A DNA stretch of 64,000 bases from Magallana gigas. Lineage: Eukaryota. Below, in pieces: positions 1 through 14,368 of this stretch; position 1 is the stretch's first letter, and the number at the start of each line of letters is the position of its first letter. A program made the position numbers and the translations under genes. The stretch is from NCBI RefSeq assembly GCF_963853765.1, contig NC_088855.1, positions 40,052,001 to 40,116,000 on the forward strand. The letters are read 5' to 3'. Under the pieces are notes generated by a model. That model was not told the DNA's origin. It saw only the letters and a list, made by a program, of their open reading frames with translations, and did not search any database.

Positions 1-289
1 GATCACATTTGAACTTTATACAAAAAATGTTATTTTTAAATAGTGGGCTTTATTTTCTAATTTTATTCTTTAAAAATTAAATTAAAGTAATAAATTTAAG
101 TTATACAAGAGTAACAATAACTAATCTAAGTCAACTTAATATGACAAAAATAAATGTACATGTATATTCTTTAGCACCCAATTAATCTGATTAAAATTAG
201 ACTTTTAGGATCACTCTTCTATGATATACTACAGCAATTCTCAGAGCAGTAGATTTATTAGTTTTATTTTAATTAAGATTGTTTATTAC

Positions 290-438
290 CCAACAAAAGA
301 TTCAATTTCTTCCTCTTCATCAGATCCTAGGTCCAGATTATCATCTCCATCATCATAATCCAAAATGGCTTCATCTTCCAGGCCAATGTCTCCCATGAAA
401 TCCTCTCCTCCGAACATCTGTCCATAGTCATCATCCAT
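290..438 (-). CDS. First coding exon of an unidentified gene; acidic N-terminus MDDDYGQMFGGEDFMGDIGLEDEAILDYDDGDDNLDLGSDEEEEIESFVG
   Basis: Open frame from ATG at 438 with an in-frame TAA six codons upstream; GTAATA donor at 289; TTTGCAG acceptor near 486; purine-rich coding-like composition in an AT-rich background. The gene continues left of the window. Confidence 0.65.
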
Positions 439-1643
439 TTTTTTCCTCAATAATTAAGGGAACACCTTAAAATGATGGCAAATCTGCAAATACATGTATA
501 TATGTCAAAATATTGAATTGTTTCAATTTCAACATTTTAATTACACCAAAAATACACCCCAAAAATGCACCAACGTATGAAGAAGACAAGCTGTCTAAAG
601 TCAAGTGCACTCAAATTAGACTCTGCCTATACTATGTCAGAAGTTATCCTAGATTCATATTTCTTAATTACCTGGTATTCATATATATACCCCAGGGTTC
701 AAATGATGTTCATAAAAAGGATGAAAAAATTCCCAAGATTTCTCTTTTGAAATTCCAGCTCTAGCTTATCAGGTTTAAATACACGGCTAAAAATGCACTG
801 CAAAAGATTTGAAAGTACCTGAATGATAACAATGAAAATTGTGCACGGTATTCTGTGCGACTTCCAAATCTTAGAAAGAAATATGTTTCCTGTGCATTTC
901 TCAGAGTAAAAAATGATAATGGTAAAATGAAGATAGCTTGTATATTTTCCCTTCCACTGATTAAAAATTCAATTCTTTTACAAATATGTGTATTTTTTTT
1001 TACCAAAAACCATCCAAATGTGCAGTAAACAATGACTTGGAACAAAGTATAGTTAAGTATATTGAGCAAGGATTCAGTGGGCATGAATAAGACATAATTT
1101 TATATATAAAGACAATTTAATTTTAATGATTTATTCTGAGTATTATCAGGTTTCATTTCTCCAAAGTATTGAGCATTGATGTAACTCAAACCAAATATCT
1201 GTATAATAATATCATGAGGGCCTAAATTAAGCAATGGACGGCAACAGCCACTGACAGTAGTTTGTTTTTGTATCTTTATTTTTTTATTGGCATTATCATT
1301 TTTGTAAGAAGCCACACTTAAAAATCATTTCAAGTTTTAAAAAAAATATAATCTCATTCGACTAATTCAAATTAAATTTTTTTACCAAACACAGTCATGT
1401 ACAAAAAACTAATCTCACGAGCTCATAGCTGAACAAATTCGGAAACAATTTACAGTTCTTACAGTAATTTAGCTTATATATTAACAACATGCATCGTAAA
1501 AAGTACTTGTTTTACTGAAATTTGTTTCAATGCCGAAGAAACATTGTATTCACTTACAAATACAACGCAGACTATGAGAAATATCCAGTAGACGCGATCG
1601 TAAACATTCAAATTTTGTATACGTCGTCCATGTCTAGCAACAA

Positions 1644-1657
1644 ATTCTCGCGAGAAT
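1644..1657. promoter_or_regulatory. Palindromic ATTCTCGCGAGAAT containing the TCTCGCGAGA (CGCG/Banp-type) promoter motif; candidate promoter of the minus-strand gene
   Basis: Perfect 14-bp palindrome in a locally CpG-rich patch. A minus-strand GTAAGT donor near 1556 could end a non-coding first exon. Confidence 0.3.
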
Positions 1658-1735
1658 CTCGAAGCGGGCACCTTGGATTAGCTCGTACTTAGTATAAGTC
1701 GTTTAACTATTATACGACTTCATGTCACTTTCATT

Positions 1736-1861
1736 CACAGGGGCTCGTCACGAAGTTTTTTCAACCTTTTATATATACCACCTCTATACTATAAAATACA
1801 TTTTATAGTATAGAGGTGTTATATATAAAAGGTTGAAAAAACTTCGTGACGAGCCCCTGTG
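1736..1861. mobile_element. 126-bp near-perfect palindromic MITE/foldback with 7-bp TSD (TTTCATT)
   Basis: Arms CACAGGGGCTCGTCACGAAG...CTTCGTGACGAGCCCCTGTG of ~62 bp with one mismatch and a 2-nt loop; TTTCATT at 1729-1735 and 1862-1868. Confidence 0.8.
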
Positions 1862-2160
1862 TTTCATTCTGATATCACACAACGAGGATGTCGCGGAGAC
1901 ATGCAATATAGAATTGATTTTTTTACTTTAGATATATTTTGTGGTTTGTTTGTTTTGTGCATTGTATTGGAGAAAAATCACCTATTGTTGATCCCTAACT
2001 TGATTTGACATGGTTGTTAATGAATACAATTCCCCCCCCCCCTAAAAAAATAGTTAGAATTTATGGAACGGTAGAATATTTGGTGTAGTACGCATGACAT
2101 GGCATGAAATAGCAAATATACATATACGAACGTATAATTTTACTATGTAGTGTGGTTTAC

Positions 2161-2410
2161 CAGGCACGTAGCATCGATTTTGGAAGGGGGGCAGCAGACT
2201 TATTCAAAAATCTTGACAAGCAAAAAAAAAAAAGAAAAAAAAAAAGCAACTTTCCATAATTAATCTTTAAAAATCCTAATCGGGGGGGGGGGGGGGGGTA
2301 CATACTCCCAAAAATGTGGGGAGGGCCAACTCCATTATAATTTTCGATATGTAAATTGAAGAAAATTAGTTGCTGCCCCCCCCCCCCCCCCCCCCGATGA
2401 TACGTGCCTG
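2161..2410. mobile_element. Short non-autonomous TIR element (MITE)
   Basis: Terminal CAGGCACGTAGCATCG / CGATGATACGTGCCTG (15/16 inverted match); internal poly-G, poly-C and poly-A runs; no clean TSD. Confidence 0.6.
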
Positions 2411-5400
2411 TTTAATATCCAACAAACCTACTAGCTGTTACAAATCATAGCACAACATAGCAAAGCATATAATTGCAAAGAATATTGGAAAAACGTGGCA
2501 CGGCACAACACAGTACGGATGAACTCCATTTTCGACGATTTGCCTTGGTCTCCTATTAAAGATTAACGTGTCTCGAAAAATTATTCAGGAACATTAGTCT
2601 AGGTGATATATTTTTTGGGAGGATGGATTATCTGGGGCACCGTCTTCTCTCCGTCATACGTACTTTTCGTTTAGCGCATATTCATAATCACTTGCTCTAG
2701 ATATTTCCCTAAATCTTTACACAAGGATGCGTATTGTACAGATTAATTCATTTAACCAATGGTTTTCATTTTGGCCAATCACTGAAACGTGATTTCAACA
2801 TTCCCAAAGGTACGTTTCACAAACTGTTAAAAATAGTTTTATCAAACATTGTTTACTGATATTAAATCGGCAAAACACAACTAACAAAAAGGTATTCCTT
2901 TATTCATCATGCTAACAACTCAGAATGGTGCGAAGAAACAAGGTGCCTCTTACTTCATCAGGTTGCAAAACGAATGTACCTTAAGCCGGGAATTCTTGTC
3001 CTGTGAATATCATTTTTGTTTTTGTTTGTTTTTGTAAATTGCATATTGTCTTTTATTTAAAAACCAATGATCATTGAGACATTGCTATTGATATAGATTA
3101 ACGATTCTTATTTTACACTTCGCAAGCATATTAGCTAATGCGCAATATAACGCTAAAACATCAGTTAGATCCTGTATGCTCGATTTTTTTCTTCTTATCA
3201 ATTTCATTGCATGTTATTACTTCATGTTAGTTTGGAATTAATGCGTGCAGGCACCTACGCTGGGTTTGCTATATTTGCGTCAACAGGTGTCTTGTGTCAG
3301 ATATTGATGCTGCAGAGATTCAATTAGCAAGCAATGTTCTCACCTTATACTTACAGGATGTTATAAGGAAAGAATTTCCATTCAGACATCAAATAGATAT
3401 TAATTAGGTATTTCAAGGATTCTTGTTTCTTCTCGAGACATTGACCCTTTTTTTTTTTAAAAAAAACTACACCGCAGTTTTAGGAGACAGAAAAGCTCCG
3501 GCTTTCAACCTTCTGTAGTTCGGTTCGAACTAGAAAACACCCTGAAAACACACGTCGGGATTTGTTCGAATTGTTCCCCAAGTAGCCGACGACAGCTTTA
3601 TGCATTTCTGATCACCCATGTCACCCACAACGCACTGTGAACGAAGCACTTGTTTTTATTTCATCGTCTATTTAAAGAATTAGACCGCTTGCTAGGATAA
3701 TACGCTGTCAATGGTTTTTTCTTCTCTTGAAGGAATATCGGATATCAATTAACTGTAATAACGCACATTTTAACTTTCCTACAATAATTTTACGACTGAG
3801 CTAATGAGGAAAAGTTGCAGTGTATGACGTACTTAGGGTAAATTTGTATCTCGAGGGGGCAGCGTTTTCATTGATACACGAGCGACCATATCTCCTGCTA
3901 AGATGTACCAAATCTTCCAAGAATGTACTTTGACAAGGTTAACGATTTTCAATGCTTGCCTACCATCATTAAAGGCTATTTTCATTTTTTTCATAATCAA
4001 GTCCGCAATAGCCTGATAGCATGATATATGTGTCAGATGGAAATTCTTTAGTAATAGTTTGATAAAAAAAACCTCGTATAATGTGTAAACATCATATTAG
4101 ATAAACAAAAAAGGTACTTTATGCCATAGTCTGTAGAAAAAAAGTCATAATATTTAAGTATCGACATATGATTTAAAGGGCGCAAGACTTTATCTATTAA
4201 AAAAAAATTAACACCCGCCCCGAAAAACTCCAATCCCCAAGAAAAACCCAAAGGAAAAAAAATAAATAAAAATAAATAGATATATAAATTAATTAATAAA
4301 ATTAAATACAACAACACCCCCCCCCCCCCAAAAAAAAAAGACAGCAAAAGGAAATAAAAAAAGAAAAAAAACCCAAACGCACAATCAGAATTACAACTTT
4401 CTCATTTTAATTATTCTGAAGAAATCTGGGATTAAAATAAAATTCCCCAAACACTTATTAGCCCAGTAACCTATATCCAACGGACTTACAAACTAAAGGT
4501 TCGATTATCTTAATCTCTCTCTGATCATATACAGTGTCTAAAATATACAAGTTATAGTAGAAAACAGTATATAAATTGTCTTAATGGAAAACCTTTCAAC
4601 CTAGGGACGTCTTACTTGATCATGATGGCGCTATTATAAATTTAACTCAGCTCTAACATCAAAGGAATTCAATGGGACAAAAAGCCTCTAAGCAAAGGCT
4701 CTCTATCTATAATTCTATCGTTGTATGCGGATAATGGAGGATGTCAAGAAGGTTATATTTCCATAAACCGGATATATTCAAAGATGCACCACCTTTTCAG
4801 ACTTGCCAATTTTGTGAAAAGTGGGACGGTGCCCAACAGAGAACAGATTACTTTGTATGGTATTTATACCATACAAAAGCGGGTATTTCTTTGATTGGAT
4901 TGGAATCTGAATCCCTATACAATATTACAGGCTGCTACAACTGAAGGAAGAATCTAGGACTTTGCCAGATCAATAGGATATATAATTCTTGTAGTTCGGA
5001 ACAGATTGCTGTGTCACTTTCATCATTGAGACGAAAATCGAGACGAACAAATCCCCACCAACCAAACTTAATTGATTTTATGGGGCATTACATGGCGAAT
5101 AGTTATCACTTTTACCGGTACATTTTTACTGAAGTAGATTGTACATGTACATGGCGGAAACACTACACTCTCAATTTGGTTATATATTTTTAAAACAAAA
5201 ACAATATAGTAAACAATCTTGATTTTGTTGTAAAATTTGTTACGTTAAAAAATACTTAAAGACCCTTTCTTACTTCTACGATTTGTGTTATCTTATTCGC
5301 TCATGCTCTTTATAAAGAATAATTGATGTTACAAAACGCAAGTAAGGTATTTTTCAATAATTTGATTCAAGACCTTGCATGTCGACAGTATGCGGAGTGG

Positions 5401-6053
5401 GAAGATATGCTTCTTCAGAAACTAGACTAATCAATGTTACCTTTATAAGTACACCATTTTAGCTGTTTAACTTTTTAGTACCATAAAACGTCTAGTTCTT
5501 AAAAAGCATTTACAGATATTATTATGGCTCTTAAAGTGTCATTTGCCGCACTTTTGTAAATTCTGTTGTCTTTTTTTTCTTGAACTCAGAGAGATTAGCC
5601 GTGCACGCTTCACTGTATGACACACCCCTTTAATCCCTATGGATTTTAGGTATTGGGCTAGTTGCAGCAAGGAAATTAAACCTCAGTCTGGATTAAACCT
5701 GGATGATCATACAGACAATTATCGAACGAAATTCCACCAACAGTGCCCTAGAAAATAATGTGTTACAATGACAATGGCTTCCGAAAATAACATAAAGTTG
5801 GTTTCTCTCTTTCTTCTTTTTTTTTCTTTTTTCAAATGATCGCTGATGATTAGTTATTTTTTAAAATGTAACTTTAAATAAGAATAACGACCATGAAAAA
5901 GATGATGATGAGACTAAATATTGCCATTTTTTCTACAATTATTCAATATAGTAGGAGAATAAGAAAAAATAAATTAACTAACTGAATGTCCCACAAATTT
6001 TTAAAAATAGAATTAAATGAGACGTTGATACCGCCTTTAACGACTTAAGTCAA

Positions 6054-6119
6054 ATATGTTTCATTGATGTCGTTTTATGGAACCGTATATGTTTCATTGA
6101 TGTCGTTTTATGGAACCGT
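6054..6119. repeat. 33-bp tandem duplication
   Basis: ATATGTTTCATTGATGTCGTTTTATGGAACCGT twice, exact. Confidence 0.9.
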
Positions 6120-6635
6120 GATCATTCATATGCTTATGGAACAACCATTTAAAGATGTTCACCAGATGGGATAATCGTTTGTTCTGCACTATATATATCA
6201 GGCAAGTTTTATTCTGGTAGATTATAAGCCGGGATTAATACACATGACTTGCTATTGGACGCTCAACAATAGAACACAAATGAGATTTCGTTAATAGAAA
6301 ACAGCTATAATCTTGTATGTGGGATGACTATATGATTCATTCACATTCTCGAATAGAAAAACACAAATTTGCTTGTAAAACACATATGCCCCCGGTTGTT
6401 ACAGAAATACCACAGCAAATATAAAACAAAATACAATGGTTGACACGGTATTACGAAATCTGAAAATAAAAATAAAAAAAAAGTTAATAAGAATGAACAA
6501 ATTCTGATCTAAATCAATAAACAAACAAGAGATCCTCATTGCTAATCTGAGCAACAATGTTCGACGTTAATGCAGTTTATAAGTTCTGACATCAGTCAAA
6601 ATGAATACACATCATATTTTGTATGATATATACTT

Positions 6636-6766
6636 NNNNNNNNNNNNNNNNNNNNNNNNNNNNNNNNNNNNNNNNNNNNNNNNNNNNNNNNNNNNNNNNN
6701 NNNNNNNNNNNNNNNNNNNNNNNNNNNNNNNNNNNNNNNNNNNNNNNNNNNNNNNNNNNNNNNNNN
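6636..6766. other. Assembly gap (131 N)
   Basis: Run of n bases. Confidence 1.
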
Positions 6767-8039
6767 TTATTGCTTGTAGCCAAAAGAACGAAAGGCTGTC
6801 CTGGGCAGACAAAATTGCTCATTAATGATACTAGTTAAATCATAATTCGGTTTTGTTAATTACTGCATGAACACAATCGATTTTCTTCAGATATATAAAA
6901 AAAATAGTAGATATAAATACTACCTTTCAGTAAATTATTTGAATTAACAATAGAACTTATGATTTAATTATTGACAAATTAATTAACATCTTTTAACTCG
7001 CACTAAATATGTATATAGATTTATATCCATTTAATTTGTAAAAAAACATTTTGCAAATTTTAATGAAAAAAAATATGAACCAATTGGGTTGCATCCATAT
7101 CATACTTCACAAATTTAAAAACAGTCATCTTTGGTTATGAAGTATGAAAAACCTTTTTTTTTTAAGAAGAACTTTTTTAATTGTAGTATGAAGTTTATTA
7201 GTAATTAAACTTAATTTAAATTATTTGGTCAACCATCGCTCCACAACTGTATTTCTATAGTAAACGAATATCAAATACCCCTACCAGCTGGAGACGTTCT
7301 GAGTTAGTTTGCTGTAGAGTCTAGAGAAGCTACATGTATAATTAAAGTGCCCGAGCGGGTAATACATAAAAGTTTGAATCCCAACAAAGGGACTCTTGAT
7401 TTAGTGCGGAGGAAACCAAACTGTCGCAGATAATGGTTTCTATCTGTCCGCGAGTATAAAACAGAGTTCACGGAGACACAAACTTATTCGGCTGTCGCCG
7501 CACTAAATATTGATATCGATACACTGTACTTTCTGCAGTATATTATATAAAATTCGTCATCCTTTCTATTTAACCCTTTCTTGCATTTATATCCATACAC
7601 GTATAAGCAAGTACTATATTTTTGAAAGAGTATTTGCAACGAAGAAAACCTTAGCGTAAGTACTTAGTGCTAAGCATCATTTTCAAAATGATGACAAACT
7701 TTACACAATTTATGATATTTATATTCTTTGTTGAACTATTTCTTATCGCTTAGAACTTTAGACAATATATTTTTTTGTGTACAAAGGTTTAATATATAAA
7801 TTTTTTAAAGATATATTTGCTCTCTCACTTCTCACATACTCATATTTTCATCCCATATTGTAATATAAATAAAGAGTAGGATAGTTGCTTGTGATATTTA
7901 TGAAACAGAATGCCTAGGAAGTAAAACTACAATCCATGAAAAACAGAAAACAAAAAACAAAAAGCCAAAAACAAAACACAAGAAATACTAAAGTGATGTA
8001 TTATTGTACACGTCACATCTTAACTACCAGATGATTAAT

Positions 8040-8640
8040 AAAATCATTCCATGGAGATCATGCTTTTTCAAATTCTTCAACTTCTGATTTTTGAATATAA
8101 ATATACTTTTCAATCTTGTATCTTTGATTTAAATAATGTAAAAGCCCTAAAAAAGGGGGGGGGGTCTTTTTTTTATTTTGAACATGGAAATATATATTGC
8201 TTTGTATATAGGATTACAAAGTTTAGAATTCTGTTCTCCCAATCAAGGGGATCAACGCCAAATAATACATTACAGACATCAAAACTAACATTTTTGTAGC
8301 ATTTCTCATATAAGTATACTAAGTGCGTTCCAAAGAGGTAGTATTTTCTTGCATGTTGCAAAAACATGTTGTATAGTTTCAAGCGTATCATTACAAAAAG
8401 TACAGCAGTCAGAGGTAGTAATTCTGATTTTCATGACATAATATTTATCAGGAAGAATTCTATGGAGAATTCTAAATTGTAACCAGTTAACAGTTGAATC
8501 GTTGGATGTTCTAAAACATATTTTAAAAACATCCTGTACACAGAGATCATTTGGCAAACTATCACATAGCTCAGCATTCCATTTAATGATAGCTGTAGGT
8601 ACACAATCATTGGAGGTTAAACATATATACATGTATATAT
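8040..8640 (-). mobile_element. Decayed 3' fragment of a Tx1/L1-clade LINE ORF2 (zf-RVT region)
   Basis: Minus ORFs 8306-8632 (WLQFRILHRILP...CTFCNDTLETIQHVFATC) and 8173-8391 (LFG...NFVILYTKQYIF) resemble the C-terminus of the ORF at 16107-18476; frameshifted. Confidence 0.8.
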
Positions 8641-9039
8641 GCTTTGTTACTTTTCTTTAAAAAAAAAATCATAAAAAATGGCATAAATGTAGTGCAGTCT
8701 CTCTTCAAAGTAGACTTATCAATGAACAAATATGTCAAGTACTTTGATATTGCACATATTACACTATTATATAAACATTGGAGGTATATAGACAATTTTT
8801 TGCTATTTATGATAAAACAGTTTACTATTTACGTTTTCTTTCACAACAATCTTACAATAATAATTTATTTTTAGAAATACACATCAGATGAAAAATCATT
8901 TTTAGGTATTTTTACATTGCAAAAATCAGAACGATTGATAAAAAATGTAACATATTTCCGACAAAAGCCCCAACTACAGCATATAACAATTTTACATGTA
9001 CATCGTATAAAACCACAAAAAGCAAAGGCATGACGTATA

Positions 9040-9093
9040 TACTAATGTTGAAATGATGTACTAATGTTGAAATGATATACTAATGTTGAAATG
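9040..9093. repeat. 19-bp minisatellite, ~3 copies
   Basis: TACTAATGTTGAAATGAT(G/A) repeated. Confidence 0.85.
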
Positions 9094-11239
9094 TAAGGGC
9101 CCTTTTTATGCATTAAAAAACGGAAACAATAAGTCAAATGCAAAACATTGATCTATGGCTTTGGCTTTACATGATGACGTAAAACAGTATGTTAAATTGG
9201 TGTAGTAGACTAGAACGTTATACAGTAATATGGACCTGTAAAGCTCCATCATACATATGGAACTCTTATTATCAAATAATTTGACGTCTACAGTATCTAT
9301 AGTCGTCAAATTATAAGATAATAATTAAATTATTAGAAATCTTCTTTAACAGAAACTAAAATTAATATAATGACAGTGTAGTTACATCTGATTGGCAACA
9401 TGCCAATGCAAAGTACATTTATAACGATGAATCATTTAATATAATTTAACACGACTACATTGAGTAAAATTCATACACTTCACTTAAAATTGTGTACTTT
9501 AGACCATTACATTTTTAAATTTAACTTTTCTCCGTCGTTTATACTTAACAAGGAAAAAGTAGAGTTCAGCAAAAATAGAAATACCCTCTTCAGTAACAAG
9601 CAAGACAGCACTTAACGGATCGTTAGAGGTTATTTTTGATCGTCCAATCTTCTCCCTCAAATTGTTTTCTGGCAAAATTTAGCAACCAATGCAACACTTT
9701 TAATCACAGATATTTATGTACATAAACTAAAGCTGAACTAAAAAGGATATTGTTGTAATAAATTAAGTAATATCTAGTTATTTATAAGATGTAAACCTGG
9801 AAGACAATAACCAAACTCGGCCAAACTATCATTTAAAAAAACCAACTATGATTTCAGTGACAAATATCAACTCAAAACACCATATATCAATCTTATTTTA
9901 TTCCTCGGGATCGGCAACGACTGCGTTGAAATATTTTCTTAATTATTTCCCGTCGTTTTCTACACAATAACACCATTATAATTTCTGTAATCAGATTGTT
10001 CCCTTCTATAACAATTACTTTACTGTCAGTCATATCCGCCTGGGCATTACTGTATATTTCTCCCCGATTGTTACAAAAATAATACAATCAATAGGCATTT
10101 ACTTTGCTTTACATTTTACTGATCAAAGTATGTAAAAATATTTTTAAAAATATATTTTTTTTAATTCTATTGTAAAGTTTTTTTCTATTCTATATTTCTA
10201 TATGAAAATAAAAAGAAGCCTTATCTACAATTTTTCAGAAAAAGATATAAATCAATGGTTGTTCAAACTCACCAGGAAGATAGGCAAGCAAATTTTTAAA
10301 TAGATATTAAAGTAATTTAGAATCAATCAGAGTAAATCATAGGCTACAATTAAAAGTCCACAGAATATGAGAAAACATGGTTTTCATTGATGCAAAATTA
10401 AAAAAAAACAGTTTATAGAATCTAAAATAAACATACGTTCCAGTGTTACGTAAATGTTAGGAACTTAATTAAAAAAGATTTTGTACGATGCATAATTTCA
10501 AACATGGTATTAAAACTTTTAACAGTTTTGGTATATATAATTCCAATTATACGGAAACGATGAAGTGCTAAGAGAAAGCAAGAATATTGAAGAATAACAT
10601 TTTACTTAAATGAAATACTAGTACACAAAATTAACAGAAAAATGTCTTATAAAAAGCGGAGGGGATTAATCAGTCAAAAACTGTCACTGCAATGTTCAAC
10701 ATGAGAGAAAATTATACTGCTATTCTAATAGAAACATTAAAATTTTCAAACAACGGAAACAACATTGCCTTTGATAAGTAAGGAATTCCATATACGACAA
10801 CCACCTGTCAGCTGCCAACTGCTGACTATTAGTGCAAACTGCTTTCTGCTTACTGCCGAAATGCATTTGCGCATGTGCTAAAAATGTTATATAAGCACTG
10901 GTATCGACTATTTGGTTATTTGACGCGCAACATGCTTTGGTTAAGATATATAGAAAGAAGCACTGTGGCTAAAAGCAGCTGAGAAAAATAATACACAAAG
11001 TATATACAAAGATGCATCCACTGGTTCATATATCACATTAAATCATACAAATGTATATTTTTTACATATTTAAGATCAAAATTATAAAACAACTCCACAA
11101 CAGACAGTTTACATTTAAAATAAAATTGAAATATTTTGTGTTATTGTTAATAATTTCGTTTTAATAGATAACTAGGAAATCTGGCAATCCATATAACAAA
11201 CATGATACTAGTGCAGATATACCAAAAAAAATCATTAAC

Positions 11240-11301
11240 TTTCATCTTCAAATGTTTTACAACTACCACCTCGGTTAGTTGTAAAACATCTGAAGATGAA
11301 A
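11240..11301. repeat. 62-bp hairpin (26-bp arms, one mismatch)
   Basis: TTTCATCTTCAAATGTTTTACAACTA / TAGTTGTAAAACATCTGAAGATGAAA with a 10-nt loop. Confidence 0.85.
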
Positions 11302-11397
11302 ATGAAAGCGCTTATGTTTTTCTCGGACATTGTGTTTTTATTCATTTAAGTTTTCTATATTTAATCAGACCACTGTGACTTTTTTTCTGGATTTACC

Positions 11398-11398
<1 letters not shown>

Positions 11399-11457
<59 letters not shown>

Positions 11458-11468
11458 GAGAGAGAGAG
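11399..11468. repeat. Compound (TA)n(GA)n microsatellite
   Basis: Directly visible dinucleotide runs. Confidence 0.95.
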
Positions 11469-14368
11469 ATTAACGCTTATTACATATATCTAGACCATAG
11501 ATTTTCTGTTTTAGAATTACCCCCTCGAAGCGGAAAGTTATTGAGCTTGAATGTATGAAAAATGTTACTGAATCTTTTTTCGACCATTTTGAATTCTTCT
11601 CGATAATTTTTTCTCATTAAGTCTAACCTGCGTTATAAAAAGAAGCTATAAATGATACATGCAAAAACAAAATTATTTCATTTTATCCCTAACAAAACAT
11701 TAGGAAGTGATGCTGGTGCAGTTTCATAACAAAATTATTTCTGTAATTTTTCTAGTATGCCGACATGCTTTGACAATAATAGATTACAAAAATATTGCAG
11801 GGCTGTTTTAAAGTGTGTCATGGAACATATTTGTGTATAACATTAATCCCCATCATTTGGTACATAGGGAGGAATGCTTTAGTTTTTTGTGAAAATGACA
11901 TAATTATGATGCTTAAATAACACCCGCTTTCAAATAGACTGGTTATGTTTTATTGTAATTGCATCTAATACACTATACAAATATTTGGATATAAATATGC
12001 AAAGGTAACAGGGTACAAAGTGTTTTTAATAATTTAACCAAGGTTGATTTAGTTTATGATCTCAATAATCAGAGTCATAAAACTCTTTGAGCCAAAACTC
12101 AGTTCCTGAAAGTAGAGTATCACTTATTTTATTTAATTCTTTGAAAGAATTTTTTTTGCAAATGTCAAATTTAATATGCTGATAAAAACTTCCATAACAT
12201 GTCTAAATAGAATTGCTCACCTTTTTGTGCTGAGCAATTTATCAAATCGTTTAGGGGGCGTAAATACTTATAACGGTATACATATAACGTTCGGTCAATC
12301 GATTAATATTGTACACTTAACAATAGTTTTGCAAAACTTGGCTAATATAGAAAAATGAGATACCCAGTCTAGATACTCTGAATTCGTTTAATTACCAGAA
12401 AATGACTTTAAACCTGCTGACAAATATAATTCTTGGTTATGGTGTCTGAGTCCTTGGGACAAATTCTGCTATTTCGGTTTTAAAGTTGGTGTTAATTATA
12501 TTCAATTTCTCTACATGGATAAGATAAATGAACACTATAACTGTGCATCGGTATTTCTCTTTCAGCAATTATGTCTTCAATACGGCAGTCTGGATCAGAA
12601 GAAATGTTCAAGATAAAAGGTACTAGCGATACATATTCTCCAATAGCACATTTCTGAAATTCTTGTAACATTTTTGTACCATTAAAAAATTCTCTAAAAT
12701 AAATGTTAAAATTCAGATGAGATGATAAAAATAATTGTAACAGGTTTTAAAGAATTTTGGTATACACACATGCAGGTACATTTTTTTTTTAATAATTATG
12801 GATTTTTTCTTAGCATGTTTCACCATTACTGTATTATGACAAGTTTCAAAAAGGAAATGAAATTTGGAGAGGTTCAAACCGATATGTCAAATAACCGGAT
12901 CTAAAATATCAGAAGTAAGCTAGCTTCTACTTTGTAGAAATATTGAACAATACGACATCCTCCAAGCCAGTGCCAATATCAATGAAATGTTGTGCAGTAT
13001 AGCACATCCAGTTTTCATAAGATATGGTTTGTACGGATACAGTACTAATTTTTATCAAAATAGATTTTTTTGTACCATAAAAATTCATAGAATAATCACA
13101 CAACAATTACTTAGTGAGTTTATTGTAATGAAATCAAAAATCAAAATAACCATACACTACGATAAACGTTTAAGAAACAATTGGTATGATAGCACTAAAC
13201 ACAGAACTAGTATCTAATTTCTTACGTTCTGTATTTGTAATCTCGACGGTATTAATGAAAAAAATCTGAATTGAAATACACATTTGTTAAATAACAACGG
13301 TATTATTATATTTTTTTATGTGTACATAAACTTCCTTAGTACTATTGTCAAGTTAATTTACCCTAACTGCTGCCTCATTGTTTTTGTTTTAAAAATAATA
13401 AGTCTTTTCCAATATTTTATGGTTTATAACTTCTGTAATGGATGAAACAAAAGATGAATAAATAAATAAAGCTTACAATTGATTAAATCAATTTATAATT
13501 TACTTAAGAGATGAACTCAAAGTCTACCCAAGTTATACAGGTTTAATCTGAGTTTGGAAAGTTTACGCTTTATAATTTGCGAAGCGGATTATAAAAAAAA
13601 AACGTAAATTGATCCAACCCACTTACACGAGTACAACTTGGGTAGATATTGAGTTCATTCCTTATAGTTTAATTTTCTGTAATTTACTGTCAAATTTGAG
13701 TGAGTTTTACCTTTAAAAATGACATTAATCTGTTCAAAATTCAAACGTAACGTCAAGCGGATTTCTACGTTTTTGACGTTAGTGCATTGTGACGCATCCT
13801 GTGATGTGCAAACCAGGTTATACAAATTTTTTTTTCTATCTAATCATTAGTCGCGTTACAACCAGAATTAAATTATATATAATTTAAAAAAAAATTATGT
13901 TATGTAATTGATAGTAATGTGTTATCGGGTACACTTTTAGTTAAACAGTTTACTGATAAATATCAAGAGGAGTTCAGCTTTATCGTTAGAAAAAGTAATT
14001 AATATACACATTATCTTTAAAATTTAAATTTTTTAAAGAAAATAAGCTTTAAGGTAGGCGTGATTAAACCATGCATCGGACACATACCTTGGATCGGACA
14101 ACTTTGTTTATAAATATACAAATAAATGTGCATGCGCTCATGTGTTGTTTCGTATATTCCTGAATTAGAACAAATGAACTTTATCATTATTAAGAATTTG
14201 ACAGTCACATTGTCAAAGAAATAGCAATATAGACATCGTAAAATGACATCAAATACGCCATTATTGAAAATTTAGTTACGAAGATTTTACACTAAAACAT
14301 TATTTGAATGTTGTGCGTTTGATTGTGAATTATTGAAAATGCACTCTCTGCCTAAAATAATTAGAAAG

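Noticed and set aside
6592-6838. ORFs spanning 6592-6838
   Set aside because: Artefacts of the N gap.
9893-10087. Minus-strand 64-aa ORF and other short ORFs in 2500-13500 and 57000-60600
   Set aside because: No recognisable domain or consistent splice chain; compatible with random AT-rich sequence.
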